From an uncultured Methanosarcinales archaeon (GTDB lineage Archaea; Nanobdellota; Nanobdellia; Woesearchaeales; JACPBV01): a stretch of DNA of 64,000 nt. The notes beneath the pieces were generated by a model that saw only the letters and a list, made by a program, of their open reading frames with translations, made no database searches and was not told where the DNA came from. The stretch lies in NCBI GenBank assembly GCA_964609455.1, contig CAZSRD010000005.1, forward strand, positions 4,878 to 68,877. Direction: 5' to 3'. The position numbers and the translations under genes are program-made. Of the stretch, positions 10,093-19,951 are shown in pieces (position 1 is the stretch's first letter; each line of letters starts with the position of its first letter).

Positions 10093-13023
10093 ATGCTTGT
10101 AATTCTTTCTAGTTTTGCTTATGCAGAGGAGATAATTGAGTTTAGCTCATTACCAGGAATCATAGAGACCAACATTCCTTCTTTTCCGGTAACTGGAAGA
10201 GTTCCTGCTACAACTAAAACTGTTTATATTAATGGAATAAATACCACTTTTTATTCTACTTCAAATTATCGTTTTGATTTCTTCATTGTTGTAGATTTAG
10301 TTGAAGGTATAAACATAATTAACTTGATAGTAATTGATCAAAACGGTTCAGAACAGATTTACTCAAAACAAGTTGAATTTTACACTAATTATTCAACAGA
10401 AGAAAGTGAATTAGTATATGCAAATTCTCAGCCAAGGGATATTGATGGAATAACCTACAATAGCATACTTGTTATTGACACAAAAAGTAATACTTTTATT
10501 GGAGCAATAAAAAATAAGAATGTGCTTGCTATAACTAAAAATGGTTCAGAAATAATATTATCTGATGGAAGCAGGTATTCAACAAAAAATCACAGTTTTA
10601 CTGGAAGGATTTTGCCAAATTTTGATCATATCTGTGATTTGGTTTTCTCAAACCACCAGGATTATTTATACCATAAATATTATCAAATTAACTTAAGTTC
10701 AAATTTAGTTAAAGCAACTTCATTTCCTAGTTTATGCTATTACTCAGATATAACCAGTGACGATGAAGCAATAATAACCTACAATGGTTACATAAACCTT
10801 ACATCTAAATCCATAATATCAAAAGATTATGTTAATGGCCGTATGCCCCTGATGGGTAACCTTAGGGTTGATCCTACAGACAAATATGTATTGCATTCTA
10901 GTTATGGTTCTGCTACAGGAGAGTTGAATGTTTTAGATATAGATACTACCAATATACTTCAAACTGTTGGTGGAGGAGATTATGCTGGAGATATTGTTTT
11001 TTCTCAGGATGGAAGCAAAGCCTATAGCGGTTTCTATGGAAATACTTGGTTTGGTTTTGGCAGGATAGCCATACTGGATATGCTAACCTTGAATCTAGAC
11101 AGCTATTTTGATCTGCAAGGTTCAATATCATTAGCTGTTTCAAAAAATGGAGAGATATATTCTTCTGCATTTTACACGCTAAATGCAGGTAAATACTTAG
11201 GGAAACCTGAGCAAAGAGGAATAATCAAGCTAAAACCAATAAATAATGGGCAAAACCTTCAGATTGACAAGGTTTTTTTTGTTAGCCTTAAAAGCACCCT
11301 TAGTGAACCTTATTATGGTTCAAACAACATATTCTACAAGCCAGGAATTGATAACTATACCTGTAGTTCAGACATTGAATGTGGGTTAGATGGATGGTTA
11401 GGAGCTCCATCTTGCCAGAATGCTAATGTGTATCAGACTTTAGTTTCATATCATTGCACAAATCCTGCAACAGAAAACTCATACTGTTCAAACATAACAG
11501 GATTAACCCTTAAGCAAGAGTGCGCTTTTGGTTGTGATGATGGAACATGCAATAAAAAGCCAGTTAGTACAGGAGCCATAAAAGTTATTGGAAGAAAGTT
11601 ATTTGTTGATGGAGTTGACTTTAAGATAAAAGCAGTTGGCTATGCACCTGTTCCTATTGGATACAGTGGCGATAGTTATGACATAACAGTACATAAAGAG
11701 CTGCGAGACAGGGATTTTCCTCTATTGAGGGCAATGAATACAAACGCTATAAGGACATGGGGAAAGGTTAACAGCATATCTTTCTTAGACGATGCATGGA
11801 ATAATGGAAACAACCCAATTAGGGTGATAATGGGTTATTGGATGGGTCCAGAAAGAGACTACCAAAGCGAAACTATCAGGCAATCCATACTTGATGATTT
11901 TGAGGATTATGTTCAAGCATATAAAGACCACCCTGCTGTGCTCGTTTGGGCAATTGGTAACGAAGAAAATAATTTTTATGGTGGCGGCAATAATGAAAAA
12001 CATGCAGCATACTTTTCTTTGGTTGATGAGATGGCAAAAAAGACATACACCCTTGAAGGTCCATCTTATCATCCTGTTGTTGCAGTTTCCCTTGAAATGC
12101 CAGGACAACTTGCTACTGTTGGAAGTTACGCAGGAGGAAGCGATGATGGCAGCATACAATATGTGGATATTTGGGGGATTAACAATTACCCAATTTATAC
12201 ATTTGGTGATTTTTTTGATAAGTTTGCAGAAAAAACATCTAAGCCATTGCTTATTACAGAGTATGGCATAGATGCATTGAACAATACTAACAAGAATGAG
12301 TATGAAGGCGCTCATGCAGAATGGGTCTTAAACCAATGGGATGAAATATACTCGTCCGATGTTACTATTGGAGGAAGCTTGATGGCCTATTCAGACGAGT
12401 GGTGGAAAGGCAATAATTTTGGTTGTGACAACAGCAACACTCATGGTTATTGCGGTTATACTACAGATTCCCATCCAGATAATTATGCTAACGAAGAATG
12501 GTGGGGCATAATGAGAATAGTAGAAAATGGTGATGATCCAAATATAATGCAGCCAAGACAAGTTTATTATACTTTGATGTCAGCATTTGAGGATAAACAA
12601 CACCAAACCCTAAAACTTAACAATGGCTGGAATCTGGTATCGATAAATTTGAACTTGACAAAAAATATTGCAGATTTCCTGCTTGATAATTTTTTAATAC
12701 TAGGCTATAATGGGTCGTGGTTTTATCCTGAAGAAATAGATGTGAATGATGGTTACTGGATTGATTCTGATTTCAATTTGAAGTTTAATCTTTTTGGAGG
12801 TCAAGTTGAGGATGATATAACTCTACAGGATGGATGGAACCTTATTGGTTATCCAAGCTTAAATGAAACAAACATATCAACTTTTGCAGATGAGATTAAT
12901 GTTACTAATGTGTTTATGTATGAGAATGGCACATGGAAATCATACAAACCAGACAAGCCATCTTACTTAAACACAATTACAAAGGCAAAGCCAGGTTATG
13001 GCTATTGGGTTAAAGTAGAGTAA
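10093..13023 (+). CDS. secreted beta-propeller + clan GH-A (GH2-like) glycoside hydrolase + conserved C-terminal domain
   Basis: NAIRTW, WAIGNE (acid/base), LITEYG (nucleophile), YSDEWWK; WNLV/GYWVKVE terminus; start may lie slightly upstream. Confidence 0.8.
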   Translation: MLVILSSFAYAEEIIEFSSLPGIIETNIPSFPVTGRVPATTKTVYINGINTTFYSTSNYRFDFFIVVDLVEGINIINLIVIDQNGSEQIYSKQVEFYTNYSTEESELVYANSQPRDIDGITYNSILVIDTKSNTFIGAIKNKNVLAITKNGSEIILSDGSRYSTKNHSFTGRILPNFDHICDLVFSNHQDYLYHKYYQINLSSNLVKATSFPSLCYYSDITSDDEAIITYNGYINLTSKSIISKDYVNGRMPLMGNLRVDPTDKYVLHSSYGSATGELNVLDIDTTNILQTVGGGDYAGDIVFSQDGSKAYSGFYGNTWFGFGRIAILDMLTLNLDSYFDLQGSISLAVSKNGEIYSSAFYTLNAGKYLGKPEQRGIIKLKPINNGQNLQIDKVFFVSLKSTLSEPYYGSNNIFYKPGIDNYTCSSDIECGLDGWLGAPSCQNANVYQTLVSYHCTNPATENSYCSNITGLTLKQECAFGCDDGTCNKKPVSTGAIKVIGRKLFVDGVDFKIKAVGYAPVPIGYSGDSYDITVHKELRDRDFPLLRAMNTNAIRTWGKVNSISFLDDAWNNGNNPIRVIMGYWMGPERDYQSETIRQSILDDFEDYVQAYKDHPAVLVWAIGNEENNFYGGGNNEKHAAYFSLVDEMAKKTYTLEGPSYHPVVAVSLEMPGQLATVGSYAGGSDDGSIQYVDIWGINNYPIYTFGDFFDKFAEKTSKPLLITEYGIDALNNTNKNEYEGAHAEWVLNQWDEIYSSDVTIGGSLMAYSDEWWKGNNFGCDNSNTHGYCGYTTDSHPDNYANEEWWGIMRIVENGDDPNIMQPRQVYYTLMSAFEDKQHQTLKLNNGWNLVSINLNLTKNIADFLLDNFLILGYNGSWFYPEEIDVNDGYWIDSDFNLKFNLFGGQVEDDITLQDGWNLIGYPSLNETNISTFADEINVTNVFMYENGTWKSYKPDKPSYLNTITKAKPGYGYWVKVE

Positions 13024-13073
13024 GTTTTAAATAGATATGGAAATTTCCCTATAGCCAACGGGGGTGTATTTGA

Positions 13074-13847
13074 ATGAAAAAAATTATTAATATAATTTTA
13101 GTTTTATTAGTTATCTATTCCAGTACAGCTTTAGCTGGTACTTTTCAGCAGGTTGTACAGGGAGCTGGAAATCCTGAAATCACAATACAATCGACTATTA
13201 ATACCGGACAGCAGGTTGTTGGCAAAATTTATTATTGGGCAGGTGACGGATCTGTTATAGAAGCAGAGACTGCAGGAGCAACTATGGGGGCTGTGCCTGT
13301 TATAACTTCAAGTGTGTCAACAAACTTAACTGTGAGGGTTTTATTTTGGAATGTTGATGCATGGCCAGATGAGCAAAAGGATTATTGTCCAATAGATGGG
13401 TATAAATACTATTATTATGATAGTATATGGAAAGAATGGCATTATGGAAAGAATATAATAACCTATGGGGAATTATTTAGTAGAAACATCGAAAGTGTTA
13501 CACTATTTTATGATAGGGATACCCAATTTGGTAATGGAAATGAGGTCGAGATTAAGGATTATAATCCAACAACATCCATTTTTTATGAAGCATGGCAGCA
13601 TGGCAGTGAGGGAGTATATACAGGTTCAAGTGCATGTCGTTCTTATCTAGTTCCAGCTAACTACTCACAATTAGTATTTTTTGGTTCAAAAACATGGACC
13701 TTATCAAATCCATCATTGATTACCCAAGATTCTTTGTTAAATCCAGGTGAAAATATATATTTAGTCATTCGGGCAGATTCTTACGGATACCAAGGTATGA
13801 ATGGCGCATGGATGATGACTTTAGGATTGGATGCTGTAGCTACTTAG
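13074..13847 (+). CDS. secreted hypothetical protein
   Basis: Signal peptide ending ALA; GGGGG RBS. Confidence 0.7.
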   Translation: MKKIINIILVLLVIYSSTALAGTFQQVVQGAGNPEITIQSTINTGQQVVGKIYYWAGDGSVIEAETAGATMGAVPVITSSVSTNLTVRVLFWNVDAWPDEQKDYCPIDGYKYYYYDSIWKEWHYGKNIITYGELFSRNIESVTLFYDRDTQFGNGNEVEIKDYNPTTSIFYEAWQHGSEGVYTGSSACRSYLVPANYSQLVFFGSKTWTLSNPSLITQDSLLNPGENIYLVIRADSYGYQGMNGAWMMTLGLDAVAT

Positions 13848-13856
13848 GTGATTTAG

Positions 13857-14258
13857 GTGAGAAAGACAGCTTTAATTATCACTTTATTGGCAATCTTTTT
13901 TCTTTCAATCGTTTGGATTAGTGCAGAAAAAGGACAGGATCTTTTGTATAACCTCTCTGTTGAAGTTAGCAATGTAACCATGCTTAGCCCAACTCCAGAT
14001 TTGAATTTTGGAACTCTAAGGAAAGGCGAATCTGCTACTAAATCTATAACTTTGACAAACCCATTCCTATCTTTTCTTAGCATAAATGCTACATTCGATG
14101 GAGTACCAGAAGAATGGGCAGATGTTAATAGGGATTTTTTCATAGGTCCGTTTATGTCAAAAAAATTTTATATTACAATTTCTATACCAGAAGATTCGAG
14201 TGTAGGAATCTATAAGGGCAATGTCCTAATAAAAGCAAGAAGGAAATTAATAATATGA
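13857..14258 (+). CDS. exported Ig-like small protein
   Basis: Signal/TM; LNFGTL..GE..TKSITLTN; G.YKGNV. Confidence 0.65.
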   Translation: MRKTALIITLLAIFFLSIVWISAEKGQDLLYNLSVEVSNVTMLSPTPDLNFGTLRKGESATKSITLTNPFLSFLSINATFDGVPEEWADVNRDFFIGPFMSKKFYITISIPEDSSVGIYKGNVLIKARRKLII

Positions 14259-16321
14259 ACAAAACAATTTTACTGATAATCATAGCAACAGTTTTGTTAA
14301 GTTCTTACGCTTTTGCAGGTACTTTTAATCAGCAAATCTATGGGCAGCTGGTTAGCTTTGTTAATTGCACAAATTGGATTAAAGATGGTGACGAGACAGA
14401 TATAGATTGCGGGGGTTCCTGTTCAAAGTGCGTTGATGGAAAGAACTGCTTAGTCAACTCTGGATGCTTGAGTAACTATTGCAACTTAAATAAGATATGC
14501 TCTACTCCTAATTGTCTAGATGGTTGGCAAAATCAGGACGAAATAGGAGTTGACTGCGGTGGAAGTTGCCCACCTTGTGTAAGTTGCAATAATAGGATAA
14601 AAGATGGTGATGAGGCGGGTGTTGATTGTGGGGGGAGCTGTTCAGATCCATGTTATGAATGGAGAGTTTTGGCTTTGCCTATAAGTTGGTCAGGCTCACA
14701 TCAGGAATTTGTAGATGATGTAGTCAATCAAATGAATTTTTTTATAAACTCAACCGATTTAGATAACTGCAGGGAAAGAATCTTTGTAGATATATTGGAT
14801 GCAGATGTTCATAATTTTAGGGATTTTTCTTGTTCTTTGAAGAACTGCGGTGTTGGTAGCATAAAGCCTTTTGTTGAAAGATTTGGGATAAACCTTAATC
14901 AATATGACCATATAATCGCATTTACAGATTCTTCGCCTTGCCCACCTTTTGAGGGATGTTCTAATGGGGAGGATGTTGCATGGGTAAGCGTTACTTATGA
15001 AACTGTTGCTGCACATGAAATAGGGCATTTCTATGGATTAGAGGATGAATATTGCAGCAATCAGGCTGGCTCAACACATCCCAACTGCAATGACGGCAAT
15101 GATGGATGGTGGAAAGATGGAAGTTATATCTTTCCAGATGATATAAACTACCTTGGGGCTGATTTGGGGTGTGACCCCCATATTGGCGATTGCTGCTCTG
15201 ATTGCAGTAAAGGAAATGATCCAAATGACCCCAATAATGATTATTTTGCCTGTTGCCATGGGAATATAGTTAATGCTCAGGGGGGTAGGGCAATAATGTC
15301 TTATGCTAATGCTCCTGGACCAAGAGCTTTTGATGATAGGTCTAAAGCTCATTTAAGCACTTTTCCAAAGCTTAGTTGCCCTAATCAAATTCAAGCGACG
15401 CAATTAGCTTCAGTAGTTTCAGATAAAATTATTGATTTGGATTTGTTGATACACAAGAATGATTCTATTTTGAATCAGAGAATAAATTTGGTAGATGGAA
15501 GTCCTTCAATTGTTAATTCAGAGGAAGGAATCTACAGTTTGCTGATAAAAGATGTAAATGGAATTGCCTTATTTAATTACACCTTTGAGCCATTTTTTTA
15601 TTACAATGGCCCTTTTGTTAAAGATGCAAATTATAGCGGAATAAATCTTGACGAGTATGACTTAAGCTTAAGAATAGGATATGATGATGAAATGCGCCAG
15701 CTGGAGTTAAGGAAGAATTCAACTATAATCTTTTCAGAGTTATTAAATTTCTGCAACCAAGATGAGGTATGCAACGGCTCTGAAACATATCTTTCATGCT
15801 GGGATGACTGCAAGTCTTATTCCCAGGATGGCTTATGCCTGAATTATTCTGGAGATGGCTGCGATCCTGATTGTGCTAAAGGTGTTGATTCTGATTGTAT
15901 ATCATTTAATCTCTTTTTTGATGATGATTGGAGCCTGATGTCAATACCTCTGGAGTTGGTGAATAGTTCTATTGCCTACTTGTTTTATGGGTTTAATATA
16001 AGCATTTATGGCTATAAGAATAGTTCATGGTTTGTGCCTGAAGAAATTGATAATAAGTTAGGTTATTGGGTTAAATCAAATGAGTCTAATAATATAACCT
16101 TGATTGGAACTAAGGTTAAGAATGGATTAATTGTTAATGGTCCAGGATGGCAATTAATTGGTTATCCTAACCTTGATGAGTCTTTGGTCAATGAAAGCTC
16201 CTTAAATGAATCGATTGTTTACGCTTATAATGGAACCTGGTCTATGTACAACATAGATAATAGGTTTACTAAACTGGATAAATTTATACCAGGATATGGC
16301 TATTGGGTCAAAGTTGAGTAA
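14255..16321 (+). CDS. secreted Cys-rich zinc metalloprotease (metzincin-like) + conserved C-terminal domain
   Basis: DGDE..DCGGSC repeats; HEIGHFYGLEDEY; IMSY Met-turn; GYWVKVE. Confidence 0.8.
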   Translation: MNKTILLIIIATVLLSSYAFAGTFNQQIYGQLVSFVNCTNWIKDGDETDIDCGGSCSKCVDGKNCLVNSGCLSNYCNLNKICSTPNCLDGWQNQDEIGVDCGGSCPPCVSCNNRIKDGDEAGVDCGGSCSDPCYEWRVLALPISWSGSHQEFVDDVVNQMNFFINSTDLDNCRERIFVDILDADVHNFRDFSCSLKNCGVGSIKPFVERFGINLNQYDHIIAFTDSSPCPPFEGCSNGEDVAWVSVTYETVAAHEIGHFYGLEDEYCSNQAGSTHPNCNDGNDGWWKDGSYIFPDDINYLGADLGCDPHIGDCCSDCSKGNDPNDPNNDYFACCHGNIVNAQGGRAIMSYANAPGPRAFDDRSKAHLSTFPKLSCPNQIQATQLASVVSDKIIDLDLLIHKNDSILNQRINLVDGSPSIVNSEEGIYSLLIKDVNGIALFNYTFEPFFYYNGPFVKDANYSGINLDEYDLSLRIGYDDEMRQLELRKNSTIIFSELLNFCNQDEVCNGSETYLSCWDDCKSYSQDGLCLNYSGDGCDPDCAKGVDSDCISFNLFFDDDWSLMSIPLELVNSSIAYLFYGFNISIYGYKNSSWFVPEEIDNKLGYWVKSNESNNITLIGTKVKNGLIVNGPGWQLIGYPNLDESLVNESSLNESIVYAYNGTWSMYNIDNRFTKLDKFIPGYGYWVKVE

Positions 16322-16353
16322 GATTTATATACTTTCATAGTTCTAAACTTATT

Positions 16354-17121
16354 ATGCCACAACAACCACAGCAACAAATGAGCGAAGAGCAGATTAAGGA
16401 GCTGCAGGAAAAGGTTAAAAATATGTCTCCTGAAGAGCTTAAGGAGTTTCAGAAAAAGCAATGCATCTTCTGCCAAATCATTTCCGGAAAGGTTCAGTCA
16501 AGAAAGGTTTATGAGGATGATAAAAGCATTGCCATAATGGATATTAATCCTGCTAATCCAGGCCATGTTCTTCTTTTGCCAAAGGAGCATTATGCTATAA
16601 TGCCCCAGGTTCCGCCAGATGATCTTGCGCATCTTTTTATTGTTACAAAAACAATTTCTAATGCTTGTTTAAGGGCTTTGCAGGTTCAGGGCACGAATAT
16701 TATTGTGCAGAACGGCATTGCTGCCGGCCAAAAAGCGCAGCACTTTATGATTCATATAATTCCCAGAAAAGAGGATGACGGAATCAATTTTGAACTGCCC
16801 CAGAAGAAAATTTCTGAAAAACAGCTAGACACACTACAGGAGAAGCTTAGGTCTAAGCTAGGCGGTGTTATTGTACCCAATAGTTCGAGCGAAGCTCGAA
16901 CTAAGGAAACTAAGGCAATTGTTCAGCAGCCGGTTAAGCCAAAGGTCGTGGAGGCAGAATTTACCGTACCAAGTTCAGACATAGCCAAAACTAAGGAAGA
17001 AAATAAAGAAACAAAACCAGCTAAGAAAGAGCCTGTGAAAAATGAAGCAGGAAAAAAGAAATCAGCTAAGAAAAATGAAGTAAGCTTGGATGATATTGCT
17101 AATGTTTTAGGTGTGAAATGA
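16354..17121 (+). CDS. HIT family protein with degenerate triad and low-complexity tail
   Basis: CIFCQI, DINPANPGH, AGQ..HFMIHIIPR. Confidence 0.85.
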   Translation: MPQQPQQQMSEEQIKELQEKVKNMSPEELKEFQKKQCIFCQIISGKVQSRKVYEDDKSIAIMDINPANPGHVLLLPKEHYAIMPQVPPDDLAHLFIVTKTISNACLRALQVQGTNIIVQNGIAAGQKAQHFMIHIIPRKEDDGINFELPQKKISEKQLDTLQEKLRSKLGGVIVPNSSSEARTKETKAIVQQPVKPKVVEAEFTVPSSDIAKTKEENKETKPAKKEPVKNEAGKKKSAKKNEVSLDDIANVLGVK

Positions 17122-17651
17122 ACGAACAATGCATCATATGCCAGATAATAGATGGAAAAGTTCCATCAAAGAAAATTTATGAAGATGACGAGATAGTTGC
17201 GCTTCTTGATTTTAATGGAGCTAACCCAGGGCATAGTTTTGTAATGCCAAAACAGCACTTTCCAATATTGGAGCAGATACCAGCAAAATTGATTGGCAAA
17301 TTGTTTAATGCCGCTAACAGGGTAAGCTCTGCTATTTTTGAAGCATTAGGCGTCCAGGGCACGAATATTTTTGTTGCAAATGGCATTTCTGCTGGGCAGA
17401 AAGTTGCGCACTTTATGATAAATGTTGTTCCAAGGACGGAGAATGATGGAATAAATATGCAATGGCAGCCAAGGCAGTTAGATGAAGAAGAGATGTCAAC
17501 GATAGAATTGAAGTTAAAAGAGGAGATTGGCAATGTTGGCATTGGAGAAGCGCCAGCTAAAAGCATGCAGCCTAAGAAGGCAGAGCTCATTCCTGAGAAG
17601 ATTTCTGGAGAAGAAAGTTACCTGGTTAAGCAGTTGAGGAGAATTCCTTAA
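17118..17651 (+). CDS. HIT family protein with degenerate triad
   Basis: CIICQI, NPGH, AGQKVAHFMINVVPR. Confidence 0.85.
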   Translation: MNEQCIICQIIDGKVPSKKIYEDDEIVALLDFNGANPGHSFVMPKQHFPILEQIPAKLIGKLFNAANRVSSAIFEALGVQGTNIFVANGISAGQKVAHFMINVVPRTENDGINMQWQPRQLDEEEMSTIELKLKEEIGNVGIGEAPAKSMQPKKAELIPEKISGEESYLVKQLRRIP

Positions 17652-18505
17652 AATAGGAATGTTAGCAAGTTTCCAAAAATCAAGGTTAGGATATACGCTA
17701 TCAAAAAGCTAGGGACAAATGGAATTCCTTCTTTGATTAAGATCTTTTTTATTTTAAGTTTTACTAATTGATTTATCTGTTTTTTCTCTATGCCTAAATC
17801 TTTAGGCCCGCAGATATACTTTCCTTTATATTTGATGTCTTTTGCAATCCAGTCACCTTCTGTCAATTTGTTGGTATCTATTTTCTTTAGCATGCATGTC
17901 TTTTCAATGGCTTTTACAAAAATCCATAAATAGAATGTTGCCAATGCCATTACCAACAAAGCCAATAACATAGAGTTGATGAGCCTGTCTTTTGTAAGGA
18001 AGAGTACAACCAGCATTAGCAGGGTGAAAAATATAAGGAAAGTCCTTAGTTTTGCTACTTTTGGCCTCTTGGCTATATTTTTGAATTCTTTTGAGAACTT
18101 TTTCCAGTTTTTAAAAACCAAGGAAATGCTCCATAACAATCCATAAACTGCACCTACTAACAATATATTGATAAGGAAGCTGATTATTAATGGGAAGCTT
18201 GTAAATCTTATATCTAACCCTATCAGAGCTCCTAAGCCCATAAGCACTTTACTATCTCCGCCGCCCCATTGTCCTGTGTAGAACATTACTAATGCAACTA
18301 TAAGGAACAGCACAAATCCTATTATGCTGTTTAGTATAAGCCAATAATCTTGGTATATGACTGAAAATAATAGGTTTAAGCCTAAGCCAATGCCTATTAA
18401 ACCATAGCTCAGCCAATCTGGGACTTCTCTTGTCTTTAAATCTGTAATTGCAGCTATGATCAGTGCAATTAAGGTTATTGCTGTTAATATTAAGAGGTAT
18501 ACCAT
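17648..18505 (-). CDS. prepilin/prearchaellin peptidase (A24)
   Basis: TDLKTREVPD, GGGDSK, IPFVP; multiple TMs. Confidence 0.9.
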   Translation of the reverse strand: MVYLLILTAITLIALIIAAITDLKTREVPDWLSYGLIGIGLGLNLLFSVIYQDYWLILNSIIGFVLFLIVALVMFYTGQWGGGDSKVLMGLGALIGLDIRFTSFPLIISFLINILLVGAVYGLLWSISLVFKNWKKFSKEFKNIAKRPKVAKLRTFLIFFTLLMLVVLFLTKDRLINSMLLALLVMALATFYLWIFVKAIEKTCMLKKIDTNKLTEGDWIAKDIKYKGKYICGPKDLGIEKKQINQLVKLKIKKILIKEGIPFVPSFLIAYILTLIFGNLLTFLF

Positions 18506-18583
18506 TATTACAGATTAAAAATGAGAATCTTTATAAACTTAATTATATCCTCTATAAAATATTCGTTTTAGCGGGGGGGCAAG

Positions 18584-19312
18584 ATGTTAGACAAGTTTAA
18601 GGATATTCTGAAAAAGGAAGAGGATATAATACAATTTAAGCTACCCCGGCATATAGCCTTGGTTACAAAAGGAAAAAAGATATATGCAGAGAAGCACAAA
18701 ATATCTATAGAAAAGGTTTATTCCAGGAGTACTTTGATAATAACAAGCACAATTGCGTCTTGTGTTAAGATGGGAGTTCCTATAACCACATTTTATTTAC
18801 TCTCAACACACGCAGAGCAGCTTGAGCATTTCTCGACTATTGTTGATTCTTTAACAGATTTTTTAAATAACCTAGCTGAGAAGGAAATGATCCATAAAAA
18901 TAAGATAAAGGTATCTGTTTTTGGCAAGTGGTATGATCTGCCAGGTAAACTAGTTGATTCAATAAAAAACATCATAGATAAAACAAAAGATTATGACAGC
19001 TATTTTGTAAATTTTTGCGTTAATTATGGCGGCCAGGAGGAAATAGTTGACGCTATCAAGCTGATAGCAAGGCAGGTAAAGGCAGAGAAGATAGATGCTG
19101 AAATGGTAAACAAGGAAATGATAAAAGAGAATATATATTCCTCTTACTTTTTAGCCCCAGACCTGATAATTGTGAATGGCTCGAAGAGAACTTCTGATTT
19201 GCTGTTATGGGACTCACCTAAAGCTAAAGTATATTTCACAAATAAGCTGTGGCCAGATTTTGATAAGAAAGAGCTGATGGATGCTATAAGCGAGTATCAG
19301 AAGAGTGATTGA
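18584..19312 (+). CDS. cis-prenyltransferase (UppS) family protein, active site degenerate
   Basis: LPRHIAL, NYGGQEEI, PDLII, LWPDF. Confidence 0.8.
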   Translation: MLDKFKDILKKEEDIIQFKLPRHIALVTKGKKIYAEKHKISIEKVYSRSTLIITSTIASCVKMGVPITTFYLLSTHAEQLEHFSTIVDSLTDFLNNLAEKEMIHKNKIKVSVFGKWYDLPGKLVDSIKNIIDKTKDYDSYFVNFCVNYGGQEEIVDAIKLIARQVKAEKIDAEMVNKEMIKENIYSSYFLAPDLIIVNGSKRTSDLLLWDSPKAKVYFTNKLWPDFDKKELMDAISEYQKSD

Positions 19313-19328
19313 TAAATTTTTGAATTAA

Positions 19329-19727
19329 CTATGCATGACGACAGGCTTGTTCAATTCTTTTTTGATGATCCTCCAACTTTTTCCTGCGCATCTCGTCTAA
19401 TGTTGGTTGTAATTCAGGGTATCCTGTTGTGAAAATTTTATATAGATCTCCACCTTTGCAGAAATCTGCTTCAACCCAGACAGCAACAATTCTATGATCT
19501 ACTTTTCTTTGCCTTATTGCTTCCATCGCTTCACCATAAGTCTGCGCACCAATTTCATCCCTAAGATAGACATACATACCAATCATATTGCGATAACTAG
19601 GATCTCCTCTGATGCCCTTGGCACGAATTTGATTCATCTCGGTAAGAAAAGCAATATAATCATTTATATTTGTAGCCCCTATTGGCTCCGAAATTCTCGC
19701 ATGCACCATTTCTACCAAATTAACCAT
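19329..19727 (-). CDS. hypothetical protein
   Basis: 132-aa ORF with upstream TTTAAA box. Confidence 0.55.
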   Translation of the reverse strand: MVNLVEMVHARISEPIGATNINDYIAFLTEMNQIRAKGIRGDPSYRNMIGMYVYLRDEIGAQTYGEAMEAIRQRKVDHRIVAVWVEADFCKGGDLYKIFTTGYPELQPTLDEMRRKKLEDHQKRIEQACRHA

Positions 19728-19860
19728 ATAATCTGGAGTTACAGAGAACCTTTTAAATCTTTGTTCTAGATACTATTTAATGCACGATTTATACAATCTT
19801 CTACTGTTAAGAACCAAAACCCGTTACATTTATAAATAAGCCTTATTTTCTACTATATTA

Positions 19861-19907
19861 CCTATGATTAATGAACCTTATATATACTATATATGGGGCG
19901 AATGAGG
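19861..19907 (+). promoter_or_regulatory. tandem K-turn 5' leader of rpl7ae
   Basis: CC-TAT-GA-TT-AAT-GA-ACC...GG-C-GA-AT-GA-GG; TTTATAAA at 19829-19836. Confidence 0.75.
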
Positions 19908-19951
19908 AAGTGTTCTAATATTCCTCAAATATAAACTAAAAGGTGAATAAC

